Source: Ophelia neglecta | Lineage: Eukaryota | Direction of reading: 5' to 3' | Assembly (NCBI GenBank): GCA_965285935.1 | Contig: OZ260666.1 | Coordinates: forward strand, 54,498,001 to 54,562,000 | Length of the DNA stretch: 64,000 nucleotides | Shown here: positions 1 to 13,360 of the stretch, piece by piece | Numbering within the stretch: position 1 is the stretch's first letter | How the letters are laid out: each line of letters starts with the position of its first letter | The notes under the pieces: model-generated | Seen by the model: the letters and a program-made list of their open reading frames with translations, nothing else | Database searches by the model: none | What the model was told of the DNA's origin: nothing | Made by a program: the position numbers and the translations under genes

Positions 1-1589
1 AGCTACGTTATATTATGATGTTAGGTAATATAATAGAAATCCAAGCGAAACCAACATTGATAATAATGCTTTAACAGTGAATTTGCCTGTCAAAGACAAA
101 AATTGTTAAAAAGTATTGACAAGAGTGTGCATAATTGCATGCAGATACAAACTTCATCGGAATAACTTTGAATGGTATTGTCAGTGTTGCCAAACGTTTT
201 AGATAACATAAGAAAGCTGTCTTTAAAAGTGATTTTAATGCATTAATTTTTATACTGGCTACTTTCAGGCCTATCCCAGGATGATGGTATCTATTGCTTC
301 AAGTTAAATCAGATTAATTTTACATTAAGGTAAACATTCTAAGAATGTGACATATAGATGAAATTATCCATGAGCCGCAAACTGCAACAAATGATTACCG
401 AGCAGAATTAAATTGTTAATAGCACTTGCCTCAATAACAAGTCATGGTTTAATTAGTGCAATGAAATGTTACTAGATTAATTGATAGCCATATTGTATAC
501 TGTTGTATTTTGCCTTTGAATGTCCTTGATGTTATTTACAACATCTAGATCTAGAGATTACATTACAAACTTAGCAAATGTGTTTTTATCTCCTCCTAGG
601 AGACATATTGAATTATTTCAAACGAAACGAAATGCCTTAGAAACCGTAACCCCTATTACCTTTATATAACACAATCAGATAGCAGCAGACAAGTTCACGT
701 GAGAATGAAGAACTAGAATATATATGTCGGCCAAACACATTACTTATACACCAATTCACCCAGCTAGAGACATGTTGATTTTAATTTAAATTCTGTGTTA
801 GATTTCCATATTATTTCCATTTACTTGCCATGGCGATAAAAGGTATTCATAACGAATGATCGATCATTGCGACTACATTAAGACAATAAATTCTGGAAAC
901 AAATCCTTGTTACAGACATCATAAACACATTTCCGTTGTGTCATAGAAACGTGCGTTCCAAAGTTAAAGTATTCACTTACATACAATGGGAATTTGACAA
1001 TGTTCTTACCAATTGCGTATCCCAGAGTCGAGTTATATAGATTAGAATATGTTAAGGCAACTTCCTATACGAGGGGGGTAAAGCACAAAAACTTTTCTAA
1101 CAGACAGCTACATACAAAAAGCAAAGGTGTTGGAATTTCTTTATGTTATAAATATAAAGAGAATTTCAACCCCCTGGCTTGTGATTAACAGGTGTGTCAG
1201 CACGCGTAAAGACTTACGATCTTCTTTCGGACTAAAGCAATTAACGCACTAAAATTAAGTTACCGGAATTTATAAGACTTAAAAGAACGTCATTTGGATA
1301 ATAGAAAACAAGCAATATGCATTCATTGTCTACCACATATCATAGTCAAGGAATAGTTGCTGTTTATGTTCCGACTGATGCAACAAATCATGTACGAAGG
1401 TCAACACCTCACTCTCAATCGGTTAATTAGAAGGAACACTCCTGAGTTTCAATATTGCTGGTTGTAGATAAGATATTTAACGAAGCATGCTATCAGAGCA
1501 ATGACAGAACGACATTCCCAAATTGACAGTCAACACAGGACCGATGACACTCTTTTCGACTGTCCATGGTAGGATCTAATTGCCTTTGT

Positions 1590-2103
1590 TTTAAGAGTTG
1601 GCCCATGTAAGAGTTGGCCCATGTGTTTTAAGAGTTGGCCCATGTAAGAAATATGTGGTGAAAGAATGAAAGTGTCGTTGATTGTATGAATATTGTGTAA
1701 GATTGTATGCACTTTTATTAAAACTCAATAGCATAAGTGTTCTTTTACCTAGCTGAACGTTTATAAATTGTTGTAACCCTTTCATTAGAGCTGTACAGCA
1801 TAGGTGTTCTTTTAACCTGCTGTATGTATATAGATAGTTGTACACACTTTTAATGGAACTCCACAACATAAGTGTTCTTTTAGCTTGTTGTTTGTATAAA
1901 AATAGTTGTAACACTTTTATAAAAACGCTTTAACATAAATGTTCTTTTAACTTTGTATGTGTTCTTTTAACGTTGTATGTATGTAAATCGAAATCGAGCG
2001 AATGTGTGCAGAGTGTTTGTGTAATTGTGTTTTATACTGTATGGATGCGAATATCAGTTATGAGTCAGTGATGACTCCAATAAACAAATAAACTAAAAAA
2101 ACT
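1590..2103 (+). mobile_element. 3' end of a non-LTR retrotransposon (CR1/L2-like 3' UTR) with internal tandem repeats
   Basis: Three copies of taagagttggcccatg (1592-1644) and four diverged 67-68-bp units (starts 1710, 1777, 1845, 1912). It ends in tccaataaacaaataaactaaaaaaact, a typical LINE tail. Confidence 0.6.
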
Positions 2104-2364
2104 TTAACACCTACGCAGTAAAAACTGCAATTGACTTTGAGTGATCTATTTTGCTCATTCTAGTGTTAGGCGCCTTGTGCATCTGCTTAACTATATGGCC
2201 TAAGTTGACCATTGACCCGCTTATTTGTGCTCTAATTCGCATTTTTTCTTTGCCCATTTATTTACTGTTTGTAGCCGGGGATTGAAGGACATAGGTCTGT
2301 GGCTGCTAATTAGCGGTAAATTGCAACCGATTTAATGCCTTTTTTCTTCAAGTTCGATTTTTGT

Positions 2365-2470
2365 TTGACTGCGCGGTATCGACTCCCGAGTCGGTCGCTG
2401 GTAATCAAAGGACAGAAGGGCATTTTGCCCTTGGACGGTCTATGTTGGACTCTCTCATCAGCTCGTGATG
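2365..2470 (+). mobile_element. Decayed tRNA-derived SINE fragment
   Basis: B-box-like ggtatcgactccc (~2375-2387); downstream ctctcatcagc reads as a broken antisense hammerhead core (CTGATGAG without GAAA). Confidence 0.35.
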
Positions 2471-2599
2471 CTAAGACCTTTCTCAATACACACGGCTAGA
2501 TAACAATATAAACGGTTCATGAAAGGGTTATTAGTTTCCTCCATAGTGCAATAGAATTGTTATATCTTTCTATCAATAATATCGCATTGAATCGGTCTG

Positions 2600-2861
2600 A
2601 AGACAACTGCTGCAGGAGACAACTGCTGCAGGGAAAGTGCTGCAGGAGACAACTGCTGCAGTTGTCTCGCAGGAGACAAGTGCTGCAGGAGACAGTGCTG
2701 CAGGAGACAAGTGCTGCAGGAGACAACTGCTGCAGGAGACAACTGCTGCAGGAGACAACTGCTGCAGGAGACAACTGCTGCAGGAGACAACTGCTGCAGA
2801 CAACTGCTGCAGGAGACAACTGCTGCAGGAGACAACTGCTGCAGGAGACAACTGCTGCAGG
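2600..2861. repeat. 16-bp minisatellite (GGAGACAACTGCTGCA)n, about 16 units
   Basis: Directly visible. The unit has no stop codon in any frame, which explains the six overlapping ORFs at 2517-3024. Confidence 0.97.
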
Positions 2862-3433
2862 TACCCAGATCCCCAACAATCGAAAAGCAGAAGCATATAT
2901 ACACATAGCGCCTAGCTCTAGGATGAATGGAATATATCGTTCAAAGCCGTCGAATGATTACATCCCGAACCTGTTTATGAACAGCCTTAAAGAGAGTCGT
3001 CGATTGTATATTGACTCACTTTAATCCTGAAGGAATCCTAAATATGATACCACAAATACTCTAAGCGCGTGTTTATTTCTTAGAATAATGGTGGAATATC
3101 TATCGGTGAATTTGAAAAAATGTCCATTTTACGTCTATGGTGGCCCAAGCTTTCTTCTCATATTGAGACCAGAAATGAATTGTCTCAATAAACAGAGACC
3201 AGATTAAGGCCAGAGATAGATGTTAATAATAAACAATGATAGGCTAATGGGTATAAGCACGGACTACTGGTCAAACAAGAGGGCGCGTTTTTGACAACAG
3301 GTGCGGTTGTGATGCAAGACAAACGCACAATGGCTGTATGGCTAAGAACATTGAATTTACAGACTAATGGCATAGATGTGAGTTACCGTGCATTGAATGT
3401 TCATAATAATGACTCACTGACTATGGTAATCAG

Positions 3434-3559
3434 CACAGGGCCTTTTAAAACTGAAATCTCCCATATATAGTCACTATATAGGCCTACTATATAAAAGTTA
3501 TTTTTATATTAGTATTTAGTGACTATATATGGGAGATTTCAGTTTTAAAAGGCCCTGTG
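3434..3559. mobile_element. 126-bp MITE with 43-bp perfect TIRs and 8-bp TSD (P- or hAT-type)
   Basis: TIR cacagggccttttaaaactgaaatctcccatatatagtcacta (3434-3476) and its exact reverse complement (3517-3559). TSD gtaatcag at 3426-3433 and 3560-3567. Confidence 0.93.
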
Positions 3560-4379
3560 GTAATCAGCATGGACATTCTAACTGCATGATTAACATTGGC
3601 CCAAGTACGTCTATCAACCACTAGTTTGCGTCTTCATGCACTTTATAATGGTTTCCGAAAGAAAACACACATTATTATACTAAATTTACATTAGTAATTG
3701 GAAAAGACCATTAGGTATGTGAAACGGGTTTTTTTTTACCACCAGTCGTACCCTTCACATGCGTACGCAGCTTTTGTTCATATTGACATATGCGGAAACC
3801 GCATCCTAACAAGTTTCCTTGTCGACGGTATTTATCTCAGTCATTGGTAAATTAATTGACAGTAGATATGCAGTTGGCTACTATCAAAGTGCCACCAAAA
3901 TCTGCAATACATCACTATTATATCATTATACCCTCGTTGAACTTGTTGAACTTGTTGAACTTATACATATCGTCAATACCGTTATAGTTTCTTTGGTAAT
4001 ATATATATATACAACGCGATGAATGTAGTTAAAACAAGTTTTTCCAAAGTAACTATAAACGGTAAAACGTTAAAGCGATATGCAAATCAATGACAGGCAA
4101 TTTTCCACGAATGACGCTGAGAGTTAATCATCAGTGATATATTTTACAGCTGAGTTTGTCAGTTGAATGATTAAAGGCATCTGCAAGTGGAAGGCGGCGA
4201 TGCCACGTTGCTAGTAGAAATTACGAACTGATTATAAGTATGGTTCCATGAGGCAAGCTCTTCTATTTTGTTTCTCCTTTTTAGAAAAGTCTTTTCATAT
4301 TATTCATTTTGCTTGTTTTCTTTATTAGTTCGGCTTACTATTACTTTGACGTGTTTCAGAATGAATATACAAAAGCACG

Positions 4380-4450
4380 CGGGACTCAAAGAGAATCGAA
4401 TCCTGGTTGCTCAGCTTCGCCTGTCAGTTACCTGACACTTTCCTTCTCAG
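4380..4450 (-). mobile_element. tRNA-derived SINE head relic
   Basis: The minus strand reads ...ctgacaggcgaagctgagcaaccaggattcgattctctttgagtccc, which resembles a B box and tRNA 3' half. Confidence 0.3.
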
Positions 4451-7400
4451 AGCTGTAAAATACATTCCCCAAACTATATACTATTGGCGGCAGGAAAGCC
4501 GTTCACTTTGATGCTACAACAACGCAGTGTTTGAATGCTTGTAATTAGTCGAGACAAGACTGGAGGAGTACAAACCAGGGTACTTATGTACAAGCTTTAT
4601 AGGAATACGCGGCAAACAAAACCCATTGGCAACAGGTTATATACAAGATTATTTTAGAGTAATTGTTTTTGCCACTTTGTCACAAATAATGTTCAGTGTG
4701 CACTTTGGATGGGCCATGAACAGGGACCTTTTCACAGCCGGTGTAAGCAATGCAATATTATGCTATAGGTGCTCCGTATCGTGTATGTTCGTAATAGTAG
4801 AAAAGATGATGTTTTGTTTTTACAAATGAATGCGGCAATGTGACAAATATTAGTTGTATTTCGCTTACATGTATGCTAGCAAAGCTGATTGTGTTACACA
4901 ATGTAATTAGTTACAAACTTGGGAGTTACAGGAAGCGATAATGAAACTAAATCGTTTGAACAAAACGCAGAAATAATAAGTACGATACTCTACCTATAGC
5001 TATATAGTGGACATACAAATAATATATTGCAATGAGGTAAATATAGGCCTACCTTGTTAAATCAAGTGTCGCGCTAATTAATAAAAGAGTTCTATTTTAG
5101 CTTTTATTTATCTGACAAGGTTAGTTCAATAAATGTTATATGTTTTCTACATTATGTTGTTTAGAGAAAACACATTTATCACCCTCGGTTTTTAGTGATG
5201 CGCAAAGTATAACTGTTGATGAACATTTAAAACTAAGGTTTTGGCATGAGAGTTAGTTTGGAAAACTAATTTTATACTGACACCTCCAGCTACACGTCAC
5301 TCATCCGATAAATAAAAAGACGTTAAGACTTAGTTTTTTCTCTTGTAAAACGGTATCTTTGGAAAACTACCTAGCCCAGACCACACTTCGAAACTCAGAG
5401 AAAAAGTGAAGTTAGCTCGGTGATAAATAAACCCTTGAAACGAACAGCAAGGTAAAGTTTACTGCCAGTTCTCAATTAATTATGTTGCGTTTAGGGGACC
5501 ATATTAACTGTTAGTTCCTGATTTAAGCTATATGGGACCATGGGGTCAATTGGAAAATTTGAACAATAGAGCTGGATTTTTTCTAAAAGAGTTTTTGCTT
5601 AGAATTTCGAGTTATGTATTAGTGAACATGGCATGTGCTTTAAAAGCCGGAAAATTAATCAACAGCAGCTCGTAGCTTATTGGGCAGCTTCCAATGAAAA
5701 CAATGATCCGTAGTGTAGTGTTATGTTACCTGGACCATTTATTCCATATCTCATTTAGCCTTTCACCCGAGTAAGGGGTACAACACCCTGAGTGGCATTC
5801 TCCAATAACTTATCTTGTTATTGAGATTCGCCATGGTAATTAATTAACATTTTAAACTTTCCACTTTCACTAAAAATCTGAATGTGAAAATCTGCTTATG
5901 ATTATTCAAACTGGATAAAAGTTGTGTGTGCGATAATGCATATATTTGAGTTATTATGAGTCACCAGAAGGTACAGATTTAGATGAATCATCATTCGAAT
6001 TTCCAGTTGAAAGTGAAATTCGTATTAACATGTTTATAAATAGACACCTACTCGTATGTATGTAATTAATATGCGTCAGCGTGATAGTAAAAATGCTGCT
6101 TTGCTTGAATAACCAACTAGCAACTAGAATTTTCTAATAACTTCTTATTCTATTCTATCAATTGAAATGTCTACTGGCAGTTGGTTCTGTCGGTTGACTT
6201 CATCTAGATTTATCTTGTTGGAAATTGCAACAAGCAACTAAATTGGCCTTACCGAAAGAAATAAACACGCTGTTGTAGGGGTCTCATCTCGTTTTATAAT
6301 TTGATCTCCTTGCGGAATGTGCAAGAATTAAAACAGATTGAAGAGCTATGTCTGCAAATAAAACAAACTAAAGTAATATCAATCAAGCAAGAATGGTGAC
6401 TCATTTAAATAGCAGTCATGGAAGCTATATAGGGAATGCTTACACTATATTCACTGGACGTCATATGACTAACTAAAACTATTCAAATAGTATCAATACT
6501 TATTATGACATTTGTATACATTGCAGCACAAAAGCCGTCAGGAAATTGTCTGTAATAGTATAACTATTGATTTTTTCCACTTCGCGTGCGTATCAGTCCC
6601 ATCATTACTGTTGCAGTAATATATGCTCAATGAAACTCAAGCATTAAACTTCATACATTAATTCTTCAAACTTTAATTTTTTAAACAATTCTCTTGAAGC
6701 AGAGGAAAGTTTCTAATACTTGAGACCTAGGATGTTGTTTACCCCTTCAGGGGGGGGGGGGGGAACTATATTATCACATCACTTGAATGTGATTTGTGTG
6801 CCAATTTCATTATGTGAAAATCACGAACACCCAGTTGAGGGGCACTAGAAAGAGGTAAAACTGACAATTGCGTTGACAATAAGGGAAATATGACTTCCGT
6901 TAAAAGATCGAGTGGAAAGAAGAAAAGACCTTTTATTATAATGCCTTTAAACTATTTGAATTAATGAAAACACTTATAAATACTTTAGGCCTATAACTGG
7001 ATGTTTTATAATAGTGTCCGCATTTGTAAGTATAGAATAAGATGGTATATCAATTTTTTTTCCTGGTAACACAAGAAGTGACTCCGCCGAGAATGGCAGG
7101 ACATATGTAAGGCCGGATGATATGTTTTGTGTGTAAATATATTGCTGACAAGCAGGTAAATTGTGATTGGATTCCAGTGGTATTTTAAGTACCACCACAG
7201 AATGAGTCAGAACAGGAGTGGTGGTCAGCCACAGGTGAGCAATGCACACCTGTACTGGGAATCCCCAGAGATTAAAAGGACAAGACGGCCATATGTAGAG
7301 AAACGCCATATTCTAGCGTCCCTGTTTATCATCACGTAGGTTGTATCAAACATCTGGGCAAGTGATTTAGGCTTGAACGCAGATTGAAGGATAATCTCCG

Positions 7401-10400
7401 TATAATAAGGAGAGATAGAAATCCCAATAATCATCCGATTGGCATGTCGACACTTTGAAGCTATCAATTAATTCACAGATTTCCTACTCGATGTTTTAAA
7501 CTAGTGAGGCGTACGTGAATGAAGCCATTCAGAAATCACAGGCTGATCTGTCCGCTGAATTCTCTGATTACGTCATAGGTTTTGAAAGCCATTGCCTCTG
7601 TCTGTCTGGGAAATTCCCGCTTAGGATCGTTCTTTGTGTAAGAGAAATGGATTGTCAAAGTTATAATAGAGATCCAGCTGTGCAGCCTCCGCACATCGCA
7701 TAATTGAGTAATAAGCAATTTCTAAATCAGAAGCACTTTAACTGGATTATAATGGTTATTTGATAACTCTTTCAAATGGGCAAGCATTGAAAATACTAGA
7801 TTTAGATCATTGAGATGGGTGAGGAGGGGCGGGCGGACGGGGAAGGGGGGGGGGGGGTCCTATGGCAAGGACTCAGTGCATGGTTCAATCAAGTGTCTCA
7901 ATCGCACACCTATAAAAGATGAATTCTGGTTTTAATTTATCTACTTATTATACATTAATTTCATTATATCACTATAGGTCTACAGATCAATTGTATGCAT
8001 CTTATGTTTCAACTGCGCCAGGTGATATGACCAATTTCAGGTGATTAACAGTATAGTGTCCCGTAATGACGTCATTTGTATTATTAGACTGATCAATATT
8101 AGTTTCTACCGATCATTACCAGATTCATCATTAAATATCTAAGGCGTTCCCCTCTAGGAACATCGTTATTGATTTTATGCTGATCGTGGTAGTCAGCATA
8201 TTTCTAACTGCTAGCTGCACGCGCTCGTTTTGGGTCGGATTTTGGTTGACATGGAGATATTCAATGAAGTGAAATCGGCTCGTAAAGTCTTCACGAGAAA
8301 TAATTCCGATGTAGGGTTTAAGCCAATAGGCCCAACTGGTACTTGTCACAGATAGAAAAGACAAAAAATTGAATAAGGGGGTGGACGAATCCGAAAATGA
8401 ATGACAGTAAAATCTGTTACAATTCATTATGGTTGAAGCCTTCTGGGCAATTATTCTGACGTGTAGGACACCCGTTGCGTCGAGGGAAGAATATTTGTGA
8501 GGGACAATGCATCCTCCGACAAAATGTCTGGCGGATAGTCACTACGGTTAAAATATGTCCGTGGCAGAATACATCCTAAATACCCATAATAATCAGAAGT
8601 TTGTCCTTAACAAATACAGTGGCCAGTAGGTTTTTCCGAGGACAATTTGTAATAAATTTTCCTCTGTTAATTGGGGGAAACATTTACAAAGACATACTTT
8701 CCTTTGGCGTTATGTGTTCAAAAGTAATTATCACCTTGTACGCCTGTTCATCCGTTCAGTAAACAGAATACTCGTTATTTTTCAGCGGATAACTGATCGT
8801 AAACAAGTATAAAGCATGCTACGTATAACTCGTCTCGATCATGGACACATTTGACTACAAATATATCCGTTCTTGCGAGTATAATTTGGTAAATTACCTC
8901 TTAACTAACCTTCTATGATTACCAAATGTTATAACCACAAATTAGGGCAATTTCTATTAGTCCCCTATTTGCATGGTTCATGAAAGTACTGTGTGGCATA
9001 TGTGTGTTGATGAACATTAATTAAGGCGGTGCGTGACTCAAAGAGTCGACAACCGATTCTAACATCACTGGTCAATGGTACAGGAAGTGGTCGGCGCAGA
9101 GCTGCGGGCCCGGTTAAGTATATAATTAGCTTCATGGACAGTGTCAAGTCTGGCAGCTGAAACATACCAAGTGGGCTAGCACAAATTGAAAATTGCCAAA
9201 ATGACAGCAAATTTGTTGGTTTATTGTGAAGAGTCTTACTCATTGGCACAAGGCCGCCCTCTTCTACAATGAATCACCAGCAGCTCTGCTGAGAGTGAGA
9301 CAAACTCGATACCTAACGCCTCCAAATTAGTTATCAGTTATCCTGGACCATCCATGAATCCTGTGACACTGAATCATTTCTTCGGATGAAACTAATTTAA
9401 AGCTGATGCATTAATGGACTAAATGCGAGAGGAATCCTCTGTTTTGATATCCTTTTTTGATATATTTACATGATGACATATACTGTATCCTTTCGTCTGA
9501 TGTCATTGCCAGATTAAGAACTGTATCTTAATATTACCATCTGACTCTATTGACATCGATTAGCAATACTAGGTTGATAACCTCGGATGTTGAGTCTACT
9601 TTCAATATGAGAATGTCTAGTCAGTCTTCTTCCATCCCTTGGCTTAACCGTTGCTATAAACCATCAGAAGACCCAATCATTGGCCGATATTTTGCTACTT
9701 ATTCACATGCTGGATACCAATAAGATTCTGCCAAATCACTGCATTCAATCAATAACGACAGAAGATTAAGGTTAATGTGTGAGGTTTTGCCATAGAACTC
9801 GGTTTATATGCAACAATAGACGAAAGGCCATTATTGTGAGTAATGCCATGTGTCATGCCGGCATGAAACAATAGGCCTATATACATCGGTTAGGAGCGTA
9901 TATTTATTTATTCAGGCGAAAAAACTTGTGATACTCAACGACTCGTTTAGTCATTTGTCACATTACGCGTCACTGATATCATCATAAACTTCGGGGGCAG
10001 ACCGATAAAGACTGATGTATGGCTGCTGACCTCGTTGGCATTTAACTGAATCGAGGCCTATTTGGATAATTGGAGCCAGGTCTGACACTTTTGTCTCGTG
10101 TTTTGCCATCCCCTATAGTGTCTAAAGTGGCAAACATGTGTAGTAAGTCAACGGAATGCAGTGATGGGAAGGTAGAGCAAAACCATAGTGCGGCATAAAT
10201 TTGCGAGAACCCTACAGATGACATTCAAGGTGATGGTCACTCCAGGAAATATATGTAAGTTATAAGTTTCTTTTCCACGGTGAATTGATAAATATAATTA
10301 TCAACCTAGAAATGAATGCAGCAACAAGATATGTATAAATTTGATTCAGACCATGGATCCGACTCTGCTTAGACGTCTGCCCAGGGATAAGGGATAGGAC

Positions 10401-11464
10401 AGATTTGAATTGACTCAATATAAAATCAGCTAGGTCTACCATCAATTTGTTGTAATTTCTTAAAATGTCACTTTTAATACCATAATTATATTATAAAGGG
10501 TGTACGTCTGGAAACCGATCATATATTGTTATTCAAATGTTCTTGGATTGTATCTCAATGCATTGGCGCAGTAACAATGATTTGGGAGTACAATGTATTT
10601 TTCGCTTCGAATGAACATCAATTTGCCTCGAACAAAACTGGGGCTGTGTGAGGTCCTAAAACACACTGTGGACCACACAGTTTATCATTGCTACGCGGTT
10701 TGATATGTATTCCTGTAAACATTCAAACAGAGTATTTACAGGTAAAAATCTATCCTTAAACAAACGTATTATTTTCTCGTCTGAAGCCTTTTTTTACACC
10801 GCCGTCCTGGCTTAATGAAGATATTATTAATATAGAAATCTAAATTCATAAATTCGGCCTGACGTCTAATATATTATGTCATAAATGTAAAAGTTCTTCG
10901 TAATTCCACCAAGCCTGTTATATAGGTGAGATTGTGATTATATTGTGGCCGGTGGTTCAGTTAAACTAAACCTACAAGGAGCCTCACAATCAAGTTCGAA
11001 AAATATGTCGTTATTTTTATCGGGTATCTCTTACGACTTTCTAAGGTAGGATTTGTCTGACGTTAAGCATGAAAATAATTAAAATATTAAGTCATAAGTC
11101 AGTGATTACTCCGCCTTAATAGGATCTCACTCAATGCTTCCCAGTGTCACTACACGTACTAATAGTTTAATATATAACCTACCAGCAAACATATCACATC
11201 CGATCAATGTTCATTACAAGGTTAACCTTATCTATTAACCTGTAATTATTGGCAAGAGTTTGTGATCTTTGCGCCCAGTTAAGACCTCGATATCGGGGCT
11301 TAATTCGGCTTTCAGCGGTCCTTAGGGCCTTCTCGCCATACATATGATTAGTGTGCTATCGAATACATCGAACAAGAAAACACAGGTAAGCTGATTCTGA
11401 GCTAAGACACGTTTGTAATATCATCAGAACGTAGATTTTCTGCCTTAAAGGGTATGGGACGGGA

Positions 11465-11903
11465 CAGTGGCGTAGGAAGCGGGGTGGGGGGGGGGGGGGT
11501 GCCATGCCCCCCCACACTTAAAAAAGTGGGGGGGGGGCATCATATGTTTAGGCCCCCCTCCCACTATTTAATGATGACCCTCTCACTTTTTTGCCCTCTC
11601 AAAATGGTGCACATGCAGCAGTGGTCAGAAGCATATGTCCCCAGTTGGCTTGACCATAATCATATAGTTACTTGTGGGCAGGTTATTTACAAACCCATTA
11701 CACAGCCAATAATTGAATTTATTCAATGTTCTTTGGCATGTACAGATCAATGTACAGTGCCGTAGAAAGTGGGGGGGGGGGCAGGGGGCATGTCCCCCCC
11801 TTAAATAAGTGGGGGGCCAATAAATGTTTTGGCCCCCCCCCACTTTTTATGCCGCTAATGTTAAGTTGGCCCCCTCACTTTCATTTTCCTTCCTACGCCT
11901 CTG
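11465..11903. mobile_element. Poly-G/poly-C MITE (hAT-like termini) with 5-bp TSD and a duplicated internal left end
   Basis: TIRs cagtggcgtaggaag and cttcctacgcctctg (14/15). TSD cggga at 11460-64 and 11904-08. A second left-end copy, cagtgccgtagaaagtggggg, lies at ~11755. Confidence 0.8.
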
Positions 11904-12882
11904 CGGGACCTTTGGCTTTGAGAAAAGCACGATAACTTTATTTGCGTTTTTATTAATAGACACAGGTGCATATTACCTAGATATAGCAGTAGGAAACCCT
12001 TCATTGTCTCATGCTTGATAAAATAACGTCACCTCCCCTTTCTTCAACATTTTAAATGCCCGGTCCCTAAACGAACAGTATACAATAAGGCGATTTTTTT
12101 CCAACTTGTAACTCTGGAGGTGATATACTTATCACAGGGATGAAAATACTAAAGACTAGTGGCACTTATGAAGGCGCAATCAATTACTTTTTATTAGAAT
12201 GCTTCTGTGATTATGTGACACTCACCACAAGTAAATGTGTGTTCATATCACAAAAACCTAGTTTCGACGAGCTGTGGTTGCTATATTGAAGGCTACTTGT
12301 GAGTCGAGAAATGATAACAAGGCGAAAACTAGGTTATTACACGATTACGTTACCACGAAGCAGAGGAATGTGTCCTCTGTACTATTCACTGATGTGTTTC
12401 TATTGCCATTCAAAGCCACACATATTAATTTGTGATGAATAAATCTGATATGTCTGTTAGTGTTTATGCGACCATCATTTAAATATTTACCACAAGGGTA
12501 GCAGTAAGTCACAATGAATGAATTAAAACACTTTTGTTTAAATTCTTTATGCAGAAAAAACATTTCTTTGCAGCTTCATTTTATAACCTTGTTCTAATAT
12601 GTCTTTAGAAATCACTTTTTAATGAGATCTATTTAGAAAAACAGTTTAGTTATGCTAATAATTAATGCTGTCTAAATTGCTACCCCTTAACACGCTGGAA
12701 ATTCTCATTTATTAAATCTAGTAAAAATTGTAATGGCGCGCTGCTGGCTATATACTTATACAAGCACTATATGAATCTGTTCGTCTATTGCAATGGGTTT
12801 TTATATCATCGTTCTGATGGCGGATTGATATAACAATGTGTACGGGAGTAATGATCCCATAATTACTTCACACAAATTGTAC

Positions 12883-13360
12883 CAGGCGGTGCCTCAAGGG
12901 CGTGGATGGGTGTCCCCACCCTTTCGGGGTATGGGGCCCATACCCTACTGCTCAGAGGCGGAATGGAGGCACCTGGCCGCCCCTGGCCAGCGCCTTCGAG
13001 CTCGTAGATAGATGCCCCCGACCAGTGAGTGTCTGGGGCCCATACCCTACGGGCCAGGGGCGTATTGGAGGCCTCTAGTCGTGCACGACCCCAACCACCG
13101 TCCTCGATGGGTTTCGTTGCCCAGTGGGTGGATTGGGGCTATTTCTTCACTGTCTAGGGGCGAAATGCATATCCCTTATCTCAACCATAAGTGTACCCGC
13201 CCATTGGCGGAATTTGGGGCCAATTCAGGGGCGGACTGGTAGTCCCTTACCGCCCCTGACCTTGAAGGAACCATGACCACATGACCACACCCTACTTCTT
13301 GTCCAGGGTCGGAATGCAGACCCCCCCCCCCTCCCCCGCCACTTGTCAGGGACGACCCCT
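12883..13360. repeat. GC-rich cluster of diverged CAG(G/T)GGCGG motifs and ~33-bp mini-palindromes
   Basis: Motif copies at 12953, 13055, 13122, 13155, 13202, 13226 and 13304; ggggcccataccctac is repeated at 12933 and 13035. Confidence 0.7.

Noticed and set aside
2425-2470. Hammerhead ribozyme on the minus strand (also CTGATGA at ~27415 and CTGAAGA at ~45216)
   Set aside because: The GAAA core and/or stems are missing; at most inactive relics.
2600-2861. CRISPR-like array
   Set aside because: The repeats are contiguous with no unique spacers, the context is eukaryotic and there are no cas genes.
2517-3024. Six overlapping Cys/Gln-rich ORFs resembling keratin-associated or metallothionein-like proteins
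   Set aside because: They are translations of a stop-free 16-bp minisatellite whose period is not a multiple of 3; no splice or promoter support.
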